Shown here piece after piece: positions 1 through 15,418 of a stretch of 64,000 bases of DNA. The DNA is from Octopus sinensis (lineage: Eukaryota). The stretch spans positions 81,282,001-81,346,000 of the forward strand of contig NC_043006.1 in the NCBI RefSeq assembly GCF_006345805.1. The letters are read 5' to 3'. Below the pieces are notes generated by a model. That model ran no database searches. It worked only from the letters and a program-made list of their open reading frames with translations, and was not told the DNA's origin. A program made the translations under genes and the position numbers. Every line of letters starts with the position of its first letter. Position 1 is the stretch's first letter.

Positions 1-146
1 GTCTCTTTTTCCAAACCGGTATGATATGGGCGCACAAACAAACCAAAACCGGTTATCAAGCAGTGGAGGGGAAGAAGCACAAATACAGAGACACACACAC
101 ATAAACACACGTACACGCACAAGCGCATATAAAAATATATATATAT

Positions 147-180
<34 letters not shown>

Positions 181-1553
181 CATAAGTATATATACATATG
201 TATGTCTGTATATCATGGCTAAACTTGTTTTGGCTCTTATTTCTAGCAATGGTGGTGCTGATTAGAACTCTCAGTTACTTTAATGACATTGTATCTCTGC
301 CTTTTGGTTGTAAATTGCGAATAGCAATCTTATTAATTTAAGCACACCCCCCCCCACACACACACACAAATACACACATAATTTTGTCAATCTAATTCAT
401 TTTGATTAATATATAAAGGATTGAGGTAACACCTCCAGTGGATATAGAGTCAAAATTAGAAGAGGGCCATTGTCATCTTTTGAACGATATTTCGACATCT
501 TTTGTGTCTTAAACAGGTTCAAAAAATAATTTTGTCAATTCTACTTCATTTTCGTTAATATATAAAGGATTGAGGTAACTCCTCCTGAAGATACAGAGTA
601 TTCCTACTTCATCGCTTCATCTGACACCTACTTACTCTCTTCACTCCTACCCACCTCCTCTCCTCGTTGACACCCCCACCCCACACCTCTACCTACATCC
701 ACGAACCCAATCCGCTCTCTATTCCCATCCCACGCTGCAACACTACACCACCCCATACTACTCCACACAACTAGCACTCATAACTTCCCAGCACCCACAC
801 CACACACCATCATCGACATATCCTCACACCCTCGTCCACACACCCACACAATCTTCAGTAGCGTCACCACACATACCACTATATGAGCAGCCACACGCTA
901 TAGATGCACACACTTACACACGCACACATTCACACACGTCAGTCACTAGCCCTGTTTGCACACACACACACACACTTACACATTCACACGTACCTTTCTC
1001 ACATACACACACACACGCTCGCGCGCGCACCTCCAGTGGGATTACCATCACCTTATTACATTATTATCTCCCTTTATTCTAGCCTCTTCTTTCAAACTAT
1101 TATTCTTTTTAGTCATCATGACTTACTGTTAAATCTACAGGTTTCTATTTTTTCTCTTTCAGTTTTATTTTCTCTTATTCTTTTCTGTTGAAGAGCGAAC
1201 GCTTGAAACGTAAGAGACTTTTTCACTTTTCTGAGTGTCAAACTATTACACATGTTTCTTATACACACACACACTCTCTCTCTCTCTTTTAATTGTTTCA
1301 GCCATTTGATTGCGGCTATGCTGGAGCACCACCGTTTGTTGAATAAATCGACCCCAGCACTTATTCTTTGTAAGTTTAGTATTTATTCTATTTTTGCTGA
1401 ACCGCTAGCTGACGGGGACGTAAACACACCAACATCGGTTGTCAAGCGATGGTGGGGGACAAACACAGACCCAACAACCAACACATATATCCATCACACA
1501 CACACACTATATATATATATGTATATATATAAATATATATATATATATATAGT

Positions 1554-1584
<31 letters not shown>

Positions 1585-2335
1585 CATCTTTATTGAACCA
1601 CTACATAAGAACATTAAGGTTAAACAAAACAAGCGTACATGAATGAGTAATACCTACAATAGGTACAATCATTATAAGAGGATATAAATAAAAAATATAA
1701 ATAGATACTTGCATATATATGAAAAGATATCAATATATATAAAAAAGGAGAGGGAGAAAGAGAGAGATATGGAAGCACAGACGAAGAGAGAGAGATAGTG
1801 ACAGACAGCGAGTCAGAGAGAACAGCGGAGTTAATCCACAATGTGTCAGACAAATTTTCCACACATCTGCGTATGTTGGCGTATTTGTGCGTGTTGGGAA
1901 ATATGAGTGGGTGAGTCTATATTAGATAACTGGTAACGCAAACTAGGAAATAACCATTATTCTGGAAAATAATTAGCCTAAATCTGAAATGAAATCTAAA
2001 TTATTTCGAAGTTGAGAAAACAATGAATGTCTACAAATTATTTTCCCTCGGTTTTCCTAGACTTAAATGTAAACAAGAATATACGTAAGAATAGAAATTA
2101 GTAGATTTTCTTTGTTACATATGATCTCTTCATCATATATATATATATATGTGCATGGGGGTGTAATTTTCAAACTTCCTATTTTGTTATGTAATAACTC
2201 TGCAAATAATATGTATCTCACGTTAATACGACAATGACACAAATTATATATGGTTTTGTAAAACTGCAATCAGCAGACTTGATGCAAGATGACACTGCTT
2301 GGATTTTTCTCTACATACATATGACAACTATTTAC

Positions 2336-2391
2336 CAACCTATTTATCTATCCATCTATCTATCTATCTATCCATCTATCTATATATCTAT

Positions 2392-2448
<57 letters not shown>

Positions 2449-2663
2449 CATCTATCTATTCATCTATCTATCCATCTATCTATCTATCTATCCATTCATC
2501 CATCCATCCGTCTAGCTAACTAGCTCATTATATACATGCCTGCCTACCTACCTACCTACCAACCTACCTACCTACCTACCTACCTACCTACCTACCTACC
2601 TACCTACCTACCTACCTACCTACCTACCTATCTATCTATCTGTCTGTCTGTCTGTCTGCCTGC

Positions 2664-2739
<76 letters not shown>

Positions 2740-2750
2740 TTATCTATCTA
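2336..2750. repeat. Compound (TATC)n/(TACC)n microsatellite
   Basis: Directly visible; similar tracts at 10985-11390 and 28418-28750. Confidence 0.95.
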
Positions 2751-3337
2751 CAAAAATTATTATAATTATAAACAGGGTTCAGCAAATCGCTTCACCAGAT
2801 ACCGAAATTGAGAAATAGCAGTTAAATACTATTCTACTACCGAAAGATATCTCCCAGACTGCCTACTCTGAAGAGAGGGAGAAAGAGAGAGATACGAATA
2901 AACAGACGAATAGAGAGAGAGATAGTGACCGATAGAGAGACGGGGAGAACAGCGGAGTTAATCCTCCACAATGTGTCAGACAATTTTTCCACACATCTGC
3001 GTATGTTGGCGTATTTGTACGCGTTGGGAAATATGTGTGGATGAGTCTATATTAGTGTAATATATATCAAGTGTATATATATCAAGATTGCTGTCTGCGA
3101 GACATCTTATGATAGTAAAATAGTATTTAACTGCTATTTCTAATTTTCGGTATAATTATACTTATGATTATAATTATAATAATTTTTGTATAAGTTTACC
3201 GATAACGGTTCTTTTAACATACCGAACTACTTGGTAAGATTATAAATTATAAATTGATTAATTAATTTTACTCTTTATTATTATTGATAATACCTATCTA
3301 TCTATCTATCTATCTCTATCTCTTTCTCACTCTATAT

Positions 3338-3369
<32 letters not shown>

Positions 3370-3382
3370 GCACACACACACA

Positions 3383-3468
<86 letters not shown>

Positions 3469-3815
3469 GTGTGTTGTATGTGTTCTCAAGGTCCGAGAGT
3501 TTCATGTGTCTGCACTGATAAGCGCAAACACACGAAAGTCTCAAATCTTCGGACACTCTTACTTCTATATATTAATGAAAAAAATATATACACTCATATT
3601 TTGAGTTCCACTTTTCTTGTTAGCATCAACATGTCTTTATGTATATATATATATAATTAGTTTGACGATACATCTCAGTAATGTTTCCCGATCTAAGCGG
3701 GTTTCGGGTATTCCCAGATCAGATCCCACGCCCAACTGATCCAGCAAAGTGTATCAGCCCTATCTTACACCTGTCTAGAAGCAAACAACAGGTTTCCCTC
3801 CTTTAAATTTATATA

Positions 3816-3923
<108 letters not shown>

Positions 3924-3987
3924 CATACACACACACACATACACCACACACACACACACACCACACACACCACACATATATATCTAT

Positions 3988-4047
<60 letters not shown>

Positions 4048-4049
<2 letters not shown>

Positions 4050-4562
4050 CGGAAGCTTTATGAAAATAGACAAAAGACGAAGGCAGGTGGAAAACAAACA
4101 AACAATTGTATTAGTATGGCGCTCAGGAAATATAGATAAAACAAGTCTTTAACGTTTCGAGCCTACGCTCTTCAACAGAAAGATACACAGAGAGAAAAAA
4201 AACACAGAAAGAAGGAGAGAAAAAAATGCGTGCAGTAACTAACGAATCAACATGGCGATCTGATTTCTGCCAGAGGTCAAAGATCAAACATGAGACGCGA
4301 GAGCGAAATTAGGGGAGATAATAGGGTTGATAATAGGGTTGAATGACCATAAGGTGTGTGTGTGTGTGTGTGTGTATGAGAGAGTATTAGTGCGTATGAG
4401 AGGTCTGGACGTATGTATGTATAGGGTTGGTGTATGTATTAGTATGTATTAGTATGTATTAGTACGTATTAGTATGTATAAGGGTGTATGTGTGTGTGTG
4501 TGTGAGAGAGTATAAGTGCGTATGAGAGGTCTGGACGTGTGTATGTATAGGGTTGGTGTATG
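4048..4562 (-). mobile_element. Non-autonomous Penelope pLTR-like element with a minimal hammerhead motif at 4146-4183
   Basis: Minus strand TCTTT-CTGTTGA-A-GAGC-gtag-GCTC-GAAA-CG-TT-AAAGA, followed by a shared 'ttcctgagcg' tail that ends in (TA)n. Contains an internal ~60-bp tandem duplication at about 4375-4560. Confidence 0.6.
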
Positions 4563-5461
4563 ACAGTGATCACCGTGACGGACCGGGCTATCAGATGTTG
4601 CTACACATTGCTGGTCACATTGAGCTTAGCATTGTTTTAGTCTTCAAATGACGCCACCCCGCTGGCTACGTGAGCAGGCCAATATGTATATATATATAGT
4701 TATATATATATTCATGCACACACACATGTACATATAGAAGGGAGAGAGAGAGGGTGGGAGAAGGAAAAATTGAACAGAAGGAAAACAAAGGCATCAACAG
4801 AAAAATTACACACAAGACGTGGACATGATCATCCTCATCAGTTATCAGCCTAAGATCATAGCAGTTTCGCGCCATTATCGATAGCGAGTATGAGAAATAA
4901 AAAGTTAGACATTACCGAAACAAGGTAGTAATATTTATAACAAAAGAAAAGACTGGTGTCTTCAGCAATATATCTTTGATTCTGTTTTTTTCTTTTGTAT
5001 TATACCTTCTAACATTTCTAATGTATTATAAAGGATTACACAAAATGTGACCGTTGATTAAATAGACAAAAGTCCTTTAATGATACCCTAGTTTATCGAT
5101 AGCCAAAAGACAAGAGTCAAAGTTGATCTCAGCGGGATATGACATCAGAATGCAAAAGGTTGAAACTAATTATTGCCAGTTACTTAGGCATTCCGACGCT
5201 CCTAAGAGCCTGCCAACCACATGATGGCCTTTTAGCATTAATTATTGATAGCTTTAGGAAATTAAGAAAATAATCAGCGAAAAATCGATAATTCCATCCT
5301 GCCATGATGTAAAGAATGATGTCGGTTTTGACCAATCGCCCATTAATAAATATCGATGATTGGAGTTAATCAAACTAAAACAAATGTTTATGAGTTTTCA
5401 TATCCTGAGAGTATAAAAGGAATATCCTCTATCTCATCTCTGACACATACACATACACCTT

Positions 5462-5561
5462 NNNNNNNNNNNNNNNNNNNNNNNNNNNNNNNNNNNNNNN
5501 NNNNNNNNNNNNNNNNNNNNNNNNNNNNNNNNNNNNNNNNNNNNNNNNNNNNNNNNNNNNN
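5462..5561. other. Assembly gap (100 N)
   Basis: Run of n characters. Confidence 0.99.
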
Positions 5562-5899
5562 GTGTGTGTGTGTGTGTGTGTACATATATATCAAAAGGCT
5601 GTGTTATTATACTATTCCACATATACAAAAACAGCCATACCAAGAATCCAACATACCATCATCATCAGCTGTCCCACGGATATCATTATGGTTTCGACAC
5701 CTGGGCAGAACCATTCAATCCGGCGGTGTCGACAGCTCTAAAATAAACGTTGTTTGGGAACAAACATACCAAAGAAACCACAACTTTCAAACACATTTAG
5801 CTTACGTACAACCGTATCGGTAAATAATGTCCAATAAGTAAATTACAACCAACTAATAAATGTGTAACTAAACAGCAACCAATCCATTAAGTCATACAA

Positions 5900-6620
5900 A
5901 AATTACATTCCCTACCATCTTCCATAGTATAATATAAAAGTGAAAGCTCAATAATCGCATTCATTCAATCAATCAAATGATAGGCAGGATTAATCACTAA
6001 CTTTAAAACACCTACAACAAAGAAGCACATAAACTAAGGTACATCGTATCAGTATTAATAGTAAACCTAAATTATATGCTAAATTGCGACCAGTCTTAAG
6101 TCCATACAGATAATAATCCCACCAGCCTTCCATAGTTACTACTAAACTAAAAAAAGCTCAAGCTTTATATAAATCTGTCCGAAACAAAATAAACAAGATT
6201 GAATTTCATTTAACTAATAATATAATTATGAGTGAAATACATTATTTTCTCATTTAAAAGGTAATAATAAAACACTACATACTCATTAATAAATCACGAC
6301 TACAAGCTATATTAAATTACCAGTAACTAATAGAAATATTAAATTTTATTAAATCGGAACTAATGAATGTACTTGTAATTAACTATTATTAAAAAACATT
6401 GCTATGTTTAAAGTTAATTGAAACTGTTTAAAAGGTAATATAACTACAAGTATTAACACATATGTTTTATAAGACATGCAGTTCCATCACCAAGAATTTA
6501 AAAAGACTATCTTAACTATTGATGACGTAGTGCATACATTCTACTTCCTCAACTGTTTCAAATAATATTGGTGACGTAGTAAGCAAATTTCTCGAATCCT
6601 AAACCTTCCAAATCCTTACA
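5900..6620 (+). mobile_element. Possible very decayed Penelope-like RT remnant
   Basis: KPKLYAKLRPVLS, LKLIETCLKGN and IDDV-like fragments occur in the expected order. Weak. Confidence 0.3.
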
Positions 6621-6865
6621 AATATTTGCTAAGTTGAAGACTAGATATTACCGCATATTTATTTAAAACTTCAAGTTTCCCAACTAAACCACTTAAATGT
6701 ACCTAACCCCTCAGGTTGGATGCTACCGTAGCTTGTAGCCTCAGGAGGACACCACCTCCAGCTGGCTATTGACACTTTCTGTGCCCTATCAGTATTTGCA
6801 AAGGGAAGATCCTTCCCATCTTCAACCTGTATGATATATATATGTATATATATATATATACATAT

Positions 6866-7620
6866 GATAGTCCAATGGATTGAGATCTGGGGAATTAGGA
6901 GGCCAAACGGTAGGGGTTATGTGATCATGAAAATTTTCAGACCTCTACTCCTGCGTTACTAGAGTCATGTATAATAGTGCAGAGTCTTACTGAAGCACAT
7001 ATGGCCTTCCATTGCACACATTGTCTATCCAGGGCTTAACAATTATTTCTAGGACCTCAATGTAGGCTGTAGAGTTATCTCTAAGATCTTGTGGAAAGAA
7101 GTAAGAAGGCAACACATATCCCTTATTGCTGATAACCCCTAATAGTTGCAGGTAATTTTGTACGCATAACACTTGGAACTTCAGAAGGGTCTGCACATCA
7201 CAATCTGTCATATCTACTGTGAAATTTTTGTTCTTAGTCGAAGCTTTTCTCGTTTGAGAAAAACCAAATCTTCTGCTGCATGTTTCAATTTAAGAGCCTT
7301 TTCCATTTGATGTAGCGATTTTCTTTTGCTTCTCCTGACAAATTGACCTTTCCTCATCAGTCTTCGTGGACATTTCTTTCTGTTCCTCCTGACACATGGA
7401 GATCATTTGTCATTGACCTCATGGACTTTCTGAGATTGTAATCAATGGTCTGTTGAACTTGCTGGATAAATTCAGGGGTTCTGATGATTTCAGAGCGTTT
7501 AGAATGTTTTTAATGCTTTCATAAAGCTGGTACATTTCTAGCTTCAGATTCTATCTCCTTACAAATTTGTAGACGAAAGATTTGGCAATTTTTAAAACTC
7601 GAAATATTTTTAAATCGCTA
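6866..7620 (-). mobile_element. Decayed Tc1/mariner transposase, DD37D (maT-type)
   Basis: IWFFSNEK, YVLQ*DSA and WPPNSPDLNPLDY, with exactly 37 residues between the second and third D. Contains stops and frameshifts. Confidence 0.85.
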
Positions 7621-7885
7621 TTTATGAAATTGTGTTTTATAAACGACAGACTATGCTGATGATCTTGCAGATGTTTATGTGTCCATATACGTAAATATTA
7701 ACTAGTGAAACTAATTAGTACATAAGTAATCGTATATTTTCATTTGTCTTGCTTACTTTTACACTTTGGGTTTTTGCTGAGTTTTTTCTTGAGAAAAAAT
7801 TCTTCGTGGAAAATGGCGATTTTGACATCTATATCTAGCGTATAGGCTGTCCACTTTTAGTGGACAGTCCTCTAAATTTTGTGTG

Positions 7886-7922
<37 letters not shown>

Positions 7923-7925
7923 ATT

Positions 7926-8244
7926 AAAAGTAAAGACTCCCTTCGGCCAGGAATTACCATAGAAACGTACTTAGAAACGTACCCTCCGATGCACAAATCC
8001 GGGCAAGGCTATTTATGGAAGACCAGCGGTCGACCATGCATACCAACCTCCCCTCTTCACGTCATTTCAAGAAAAGGCAAAAGCTGATACAGATTGGCAC
8101 CGGTGACGTCCCGATTCATTTATACCGCTGAGTGAACTGGAGCAAGGGAAAATAAAGTGTCTTCCTGAAGAACACAACACACAGTCGGTCGGTAAATCGA
8201 ACTCACTACCTCATGATTGCTAGCCCGACGCTCTAACCACTCAA

Positions 8245-8250
<6 letters not shown>
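7926..8250 (-). mobile_element. CORE-type tRNA-derived SINE
   Basis: tRNA-like head TGGTTGAGTGGTTAG..GAGTTCGATT, followed by CORE-like 'gtgttcttcaggaagacacttta...cactcagc..taaatg'. A related head lies at 54290-54412 (-). Confidence 0.72.
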
Positions 8251-8326
<76 letters not shown>

Positions 8327-8533
8327 TACAGGTATATATGCATATATATATATATATCTTATATATATATACATACACATACAATTATATATGGATATAC
8401 ATATGTATTATATATATATAGATAGAAATGTATACATATATATGTTTCTAAATATATACATATATATATATATATATATGTGTGTTGTGTGTGTGTGTGC
8501 GTGTGTATACATGTATGCATGTACGCCTGTATG

Positions 8534-8567
<34 letters not shown>

Positions 8568-9609
8568 TGCATGTATGTATGCATGTATCTATCTATCTAT
8601 CTATTTAGATGTGTAGGTTTTCATATATATATGTCTGACTGTGCATATGTATGTGTGGCTTGTTTGATAATGTATAGAAAGAGACAGTGACAGAATCGGC
8701 GATAGAATTAATAAGTAAATGTTTAAGAACAGAAATACGTTACGTTATTTATTCGGAATTGTAGAGACATTCAGCTATCATCTACCAACCTTATAAAGGC
8801 GATAAACCTGATATCAATGACTTCATAATCAAAGAGATGCAATATCATATATAATGATATACTTGAACATTTAAATATATTCGAGATTTAATTCTTCATT
8901 TACGCATGACTTCGAATTCTTTTAATCAATTTATAATAAGAGTCTTTCGAATGCATTCCCTACGGTCATGAAAGAGAGAAGAGTCATCATGTACACAAGC
9001 TTCATTACAGAACTCTCTTTCGTTACGATATGAACTATATATATAGGTATATCATGGGCATACGGTTAAGTTGTTTGCTTTGCAGCCACCTGTTCTCGCG
9101 TTCAGTACGTCAGCGAGTGATAATTTTGGCATATGCCGTGTTCTAAGTCTTTGGGTCGCTTCACACATTATGCGTAAAATTTGGTAGACGGAAATATTAA
9201 AAAACCCGCCTTAATTCAAAAGTTAGCAATCTTATCACATATTATTTTAATTAGAGTCTGGTTGAAAATTACATTAAAATTACACCTGTTTGTATAAAGC
9301 CACTTACAGGTTAATTTAAAAGAAGCTAGTTCATTTGATTGAACAACTCCATCGCCATTGCCGAGATCCAGTAATATTCGCCAAACAATACTTATATCAA
9401 ATCCATTTTACCGATAATTTCATTAACAGAGAAATAACTGTAATCAATATTAGATATCAGACTCACCATTGTTTCCCTAACTATTTTCCAGGCAGCCTTA
9501 CAAGTAATATAGTGATTATTACACCGTATTGCAACAAACAGTATATATATATATATCAAGTGTGTTGCTCGTGTTCGTGCTAAGGATATTCTTTGTTGCG
9601 ATGGGTGTA

Positions 9610-9643
<34 letters not shown>

Positions 9644-9854
9644 CTCTGTGTGTGTGTGTGTGTGTATGTATGTATCATTGTGACCGACCAGGCTATCAGA
9701 TGTTGCTACACATCGCTGGCTACAATGCGCTTCGCATTGTTTTAGCCTTCAAATGACACGACCCCGCTGGCTAAGCGAGCAGGCCAACAGAAGAAAGACT
9801 GAGAGAAAGTTGGGACGAAAGAGTACTATATATGTATGTATAAGTATGTATATG

Positions 9855-9900
<46 letters not shown>

Positions 9901-10287
9901 TATAATATATATTATATATATATATATGTATAAGGATGAAAAGGAACACACGACTTGATATATATGAAAAGCAAGTCAAGATAGAAAATGCTAAAATAAT
10001 TTTATAAAGAACATTTCAGTACCGGTTTCAGTCATTTTGAGACCGTTTCAACTGTAACGATTAAAGAATTAAATTTAGAAAAATTAAAAAGAAAAGTTTT
10101 TTAAAGGAATATTTGTATAGTGTTCAAATATAAGTGGCATTTTCCTTGTTTCTGCCTTTCTGCCTCTCTTGTTTACACATGTAAATATATATATTTACAT
10201 ACGTACGTACATACATATACTTATATACAAATATATATATACTTGTATATACGTATATATACATATATTGGTACATGCATATACATA

Positions 10288-10354
<67 letters not shown>

Positions 10355-11118
10355 TATATTAAATTTACGTATACACACATATGTGTATATATGTATTTAT
10401 GTATGTATATAGGTGTGAGTGATGGAATGTAAGCATGTATGTATATCCTGCATTGAAACTTTCTTGAATAGTTTGGGCAGGTTGACACAATGCTATGAAG
10501 AATGTAAGCATACAGAAAACTAATGTCAGCTAAGGTAACGCAACAAAATAGCAAATGTAATCATAAGATATGTTTACATAACGAATCTGACAATTAAATT
10601 GAATCCCGACAAGATGAAATGAAACAACTGTGATTTCTTTTGCAACAAGAGTACAACAGCACTTTTAAAGAGTAGAATCGATTAAAACTTTCGTAATGGA
10701 AATGTCCAGCAGATCTGAAGTGTCTACTCAAATCTGAAAGCAAACTTTCTATCGACAATCAATGGCAGATAGAGATAAAAGCTTGTTTTTAACGGCAAGG
10801 ACAGTTGTATCTGTTGTTTCTTCCTGGGCACATATGATAACAATGCAATGGCACATGCGTGGACATACACAGATAAGCATACACACACACACACGCACAT
10901 ACATATAAATAGACAGATAGATACATACATAAATAGATAGAGAGAGAGAGGGGGGGGAATGAGAGAGAGACAGCCAGATAATACCTAGATAGAAAGACCG
11001 ACAGACAGACAGATAGACGGACAGACAGCACGACAGACAGACAGATAGACGGACAGATAGACAGACAGACGGATACATAGATAGATAGAAAGGTAGATAG
11101 ATAGATAGATAGATAGAT

Positions 11119-11189
<71 letters not shown>

Positions 11190-11211
11190 CAGACAGACAC
11201 AGATAGACAGG

Positions 11212-11259
<48 letters not shown>

Positions 11260-12066
11260 GAGAGAGACAGACAGACAGATAGATAGATAGATAGATGATA
11301 GATAGATAGATAGATAGATATATTAATACATACATACATACATACATACATACATACATACATACATACATACATACATACATACATAGATATATTGATG
11401 AACGGATGGATGGATAGATTGAAATATACATAAATATCCATTCACATGTAATATATATATATGTAAATAAAGGAATATGTAAAAATAATCTACGCAGTAT
11501 ATGCGTACATGCATACGTATGCATAGAAATATGCATGTATTTATATATATATATATATGTGCGTGCGTGTGTGAGTGTGTTTGTGTGTGTTTGTGTAATA
11601 CAATTATTACTACATATATGTGTTGGAGTGTATGTTTCTGCATGATACTTACATAATGTGTGTGACTGTATGTGTGTGCGTTTGTGTGTGTGTGTGTGTA
11701 TGTGTGTGTACACGTGCGTATATATCGGAATGTTTATCTAAGCGCATGATACGATAAACACTTGATCGCACTTGGTAGACAGTAAGGTAACTTTGCTTGC
11801 GGGGATATTTTCATATTGAATTCCAGAAGGCATTGAATTGATTGGATGGCAAACTGACACGTAAATAACAATCGAGTTATGTGCAGGGTGGATCGATTCA
11901 CTGCAAATGCTCGAGAAAAAAAAAGTTCAGTATTGGCAGAGATATACTATTCAAATTGAATCATAGGACAGCGTATGACATATACGAAATGATCTAAATT
12001 GGAATGGAAGATATCTACAAGAAATTATGCGTGTATATATTATAATATAATATCTATATATATATC

Positions 12067-12104
<38 letters not shown>

Positions 12105-12109
12105 GTGTG

Positions 12110-12141
<32 letters not shown>

Positions 12142-12393
12142 TAGTATATTTCGGAATGGGCATATTGCCAGTTTAAACGTATATATATATATATAAATAT
12201 AGATGTCTCTTAGAAGATTTACTGTGAACAGTGTTCCCCAATATTATGCTTATTGCTTGCAGCCACTGTGCCTTTTCGTTTCACACAATATAATTCCCTA
12301 GAGAAATATCTTCAAAGGATTTCATATGTAACAATCCTACACGTTTGCATCTGTATATTTTTGCTTATGCATTGTATGAAAGAATATTCGTAC

Positions 12394-12439
<46 letters not shown>

Positions 12440-12623
12440 TGTGTGTGTGTGTGCGTGTGTATATTTATCTTTCTTTCCTTTCCTGAGCGTCCAATAACAC
12501 TACACGTGTTCCACGTCCTCATGTTGTTGTGTTTTCTCTTTGTTCATGTTTGGATTAACTATATATACATACACACACATGTATGTATGTGTACATATAT
12601 TTATGTGTACACACACACACACA

Positions 12624-13040
12624 CTAGCAATGCATCCCGGCGTTGCCCGGGTGTTATAACCTACAGCCACATTGTATTATTTGCTTCTTTCTTATGGGTA
12701 GAATTGGCACAGCTGATATATAGTTAATGGCAGAATGGAGGGTATTGTTTTTGGTTTTTGGTTTTTTTAGTGAATGGGGTTTGTAGAATTTGCATGGGTT
12801 TGCATGAAAGTGCTTTCTGTTTTTAAGAAGGATCAGAAACTATGTATTGTTCCATCGTATAAAAGGGGGTTAATGCGATTTTATTCAAAAATCACGTTTT
12901 CAAAATTTTAATTTCCCCCAATTCCCACCGCAATTTCTTAATTTGCAACTTTTTTTCGAAATTCTTTTTTTTTTTTTTTTGGTGTTGTTGCTATCTACGT
13001 AGAAACATACAGACGTTACGAATCTGGGAATTATATATAT
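12624..13040 (-). mobile_element. Non-autonomous Helitron, 5' end uncertain
   Basis: Minus-strand 3' end CCCGGGCAACGCCGGGATGCATTGCTAG|T. Confidence 0.7.
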
Positions 13041-14032
13041 TTTTATAGTTTAATTTTTCCTAAAGAAACTTTCAATGCATAGATTCATAAAATGATCTCA
13101 CATCTATTTTTCCCCTCGAAGACTGTTTTTCTCTGCCCCATGAGCTTAAGATTATTACTTGACCCGATGAATATATGGATTTATGAAAAACTATTTTCAA
13201 ACACAATGGTGTTTCAAGCGAAATAAATAGTGCGGAAAACATTAATTCCCATCTATTATCGATTTGTAGATATCTGCCCGTGTCAGCAAAAGTTTCTTCT
13301 CTAAAATTATAAACACGGTCTTTGGTTTTTGTCACTTACATTAGTCTGGGTTTTCTGCCTTTTAAGAGGAAAAAATGCCGAAACATCGGTGATCCAGAAT
13401 CACTTGTGCTAATGAATTGAGTGTGTTTTGAACGCACAGTCGCCGTAAACGGGTGGCTGTTCTCCTGTGATGACTAAAAGAGCAACAACTAACGTATTTG
13501 TACTTGAATCTGCTGGAATGCAATGAGGATAAGTACGAAAGTCATTATTTATTCGTAATTTCTTTTATTACACGAAGATGTGTCCTAACTAAATTTAAAT
13601 GAAATAAGATGCTTGAATGGCTGACTGGTATGCAACTGTAATTAAAAGATTAATTTTTCATGTTGCCTTGAAAATAAATACCTAGATATTCATATGCTAA
13701 CACTAACAAACAATAAACAAGCCAACAAACAGATACATATGTGTATGAGCGTGTGTATGTGTGTATGTATTTTTATCATATTTATTTTACTTGTTTCAAT
13801 CATTAGCGTGTAGTCATTGTGACACACAACCCTTTAGAGGGTAGTCGAATAAATCGACTATTTATTTCTAAGGGTGTAAGCTTATTGTATCGGTGTCTTT
13901 TTAAGGAAGTGTTGTCAAATAGTGTGGGGAAAGGCACAGACACAAAGATGCATACACACACACATACATTGTGTGAACATGAATACACACACACACACAC
14001 CACACACACACACATATAGATAGATATATATA

Positions 14033-14070
<38 letters not shown>

Positions 14071-14235
14071 ATCCAAACAAGGAAAAACAATAACGCGAGG
14101 ACGTGGTAAAATATTGTATTATGAGACACTAGGATAGGAAAGGAAGCAAGAGGATTTAACTTTCGAGCAAAGCTAATCTTCATAAATAGAGGAAAACCAA
14201 AGGGAATGGAAGACGGAGAAAGAAAAATCGCCAAG

Positions 14236-14300
<65 letters not shown>

Positions 14301-14355
14301 TATATATATATATATGTGGTGTGTGTGTGTGTGTGTTGTATATATATATATATTT

Positions 14356-14433
<78 letters not shown>

Positions 14434-15025
14434 GTGTGTATGTACGTGTGTTTATGTATATGCGGTTCCTTTCAGTTTCTGTCTACCAAATCCACTCAAT
14501 ATTTCTGATCGTCTCGGAGCTATTGTAGTTGGCATGTGCCAAAGTTGCTATACAGTGCAACACTGAGACATTACGTTGAGAAATAAATTTCTAAACACAC
14601 TGCCATACTTGCGCCTATATTTATGTGTAAAGATAAAGCGATGTGAGATCAAAACAGATTGAGCTATTAGGACAAAACTGTTCTATTTGGAGAATTTAGG
14701 CAAACGAACTACCGCGTTGCAGTTGCTTGAATTGCTTTAAATAACAACTAAATTCTCTTAGATTATAGTCTATCATCTTAAAAGACTGAAATATATATGG
14801 TACTATGCAATTAAAGGCATACAAAATGATGGATTGGGTGCATCTGTAATGCCTTTGGGAACCCTGCTAAGTGAGGGTTAACCAGAGTTTAAAAATATTC
14901 AACACAAACTAAAACCTAAATAACATGTGTTTATAATTGACCATGGAATCCGATGGTAGTTCTGGTGTTAGGAAGACATACATTGCTAAATGATAACGCA
15001 AAGTTAAATCGAAGCAACAAAGATA

Positions 15026-15418
15026 TCTCTCTCTATATATATAAAGCTGAAATTGTCTGTGTATGGCAGGTTTGGTAGCAATCAACTAACACTATCTCCT
15101 TCGAGACCCAGCGGCGCAATTTGACCAAAGTTGAGAGTATGATAGAAGACTTGCTCTTTCTTCCGTAGAAGAAAAAAATTCAAATCAGACCATGTTAACA
15201 CCAAAAATTATTTGCATCAAAAAGGTGCTTTATTTCTATGACAATCCCTATTTTTTACGATTTTTTGACTGCTGTGTCGCCATTTTTCGGTGTATTTCAA
15301 CCAGAAAATGTTCACTTAAAGAGAATAGCAAGCTACATAATGCAAAATTTTTACTTTTCAAAAATTCCAATTCTAAATGGCCGAAACAAACCCGAGCAAC
15401 GCCGGGCGATACTGCTAG
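15026..15418 (+). mobile_element. Non-autonomous Helitron (~393 bp)
   Basis: A|TC 5' end, subterminal hairpin CCCGAGCAACGCCGGG, CTAG|T 3' end, no TSD. Confidence 0.85.

Noticed and set aside
377-600. ~75-bp imperfect direct duplication
   Set aside because: It is real but looks like an ordinary local duplication, with no further structure seen.
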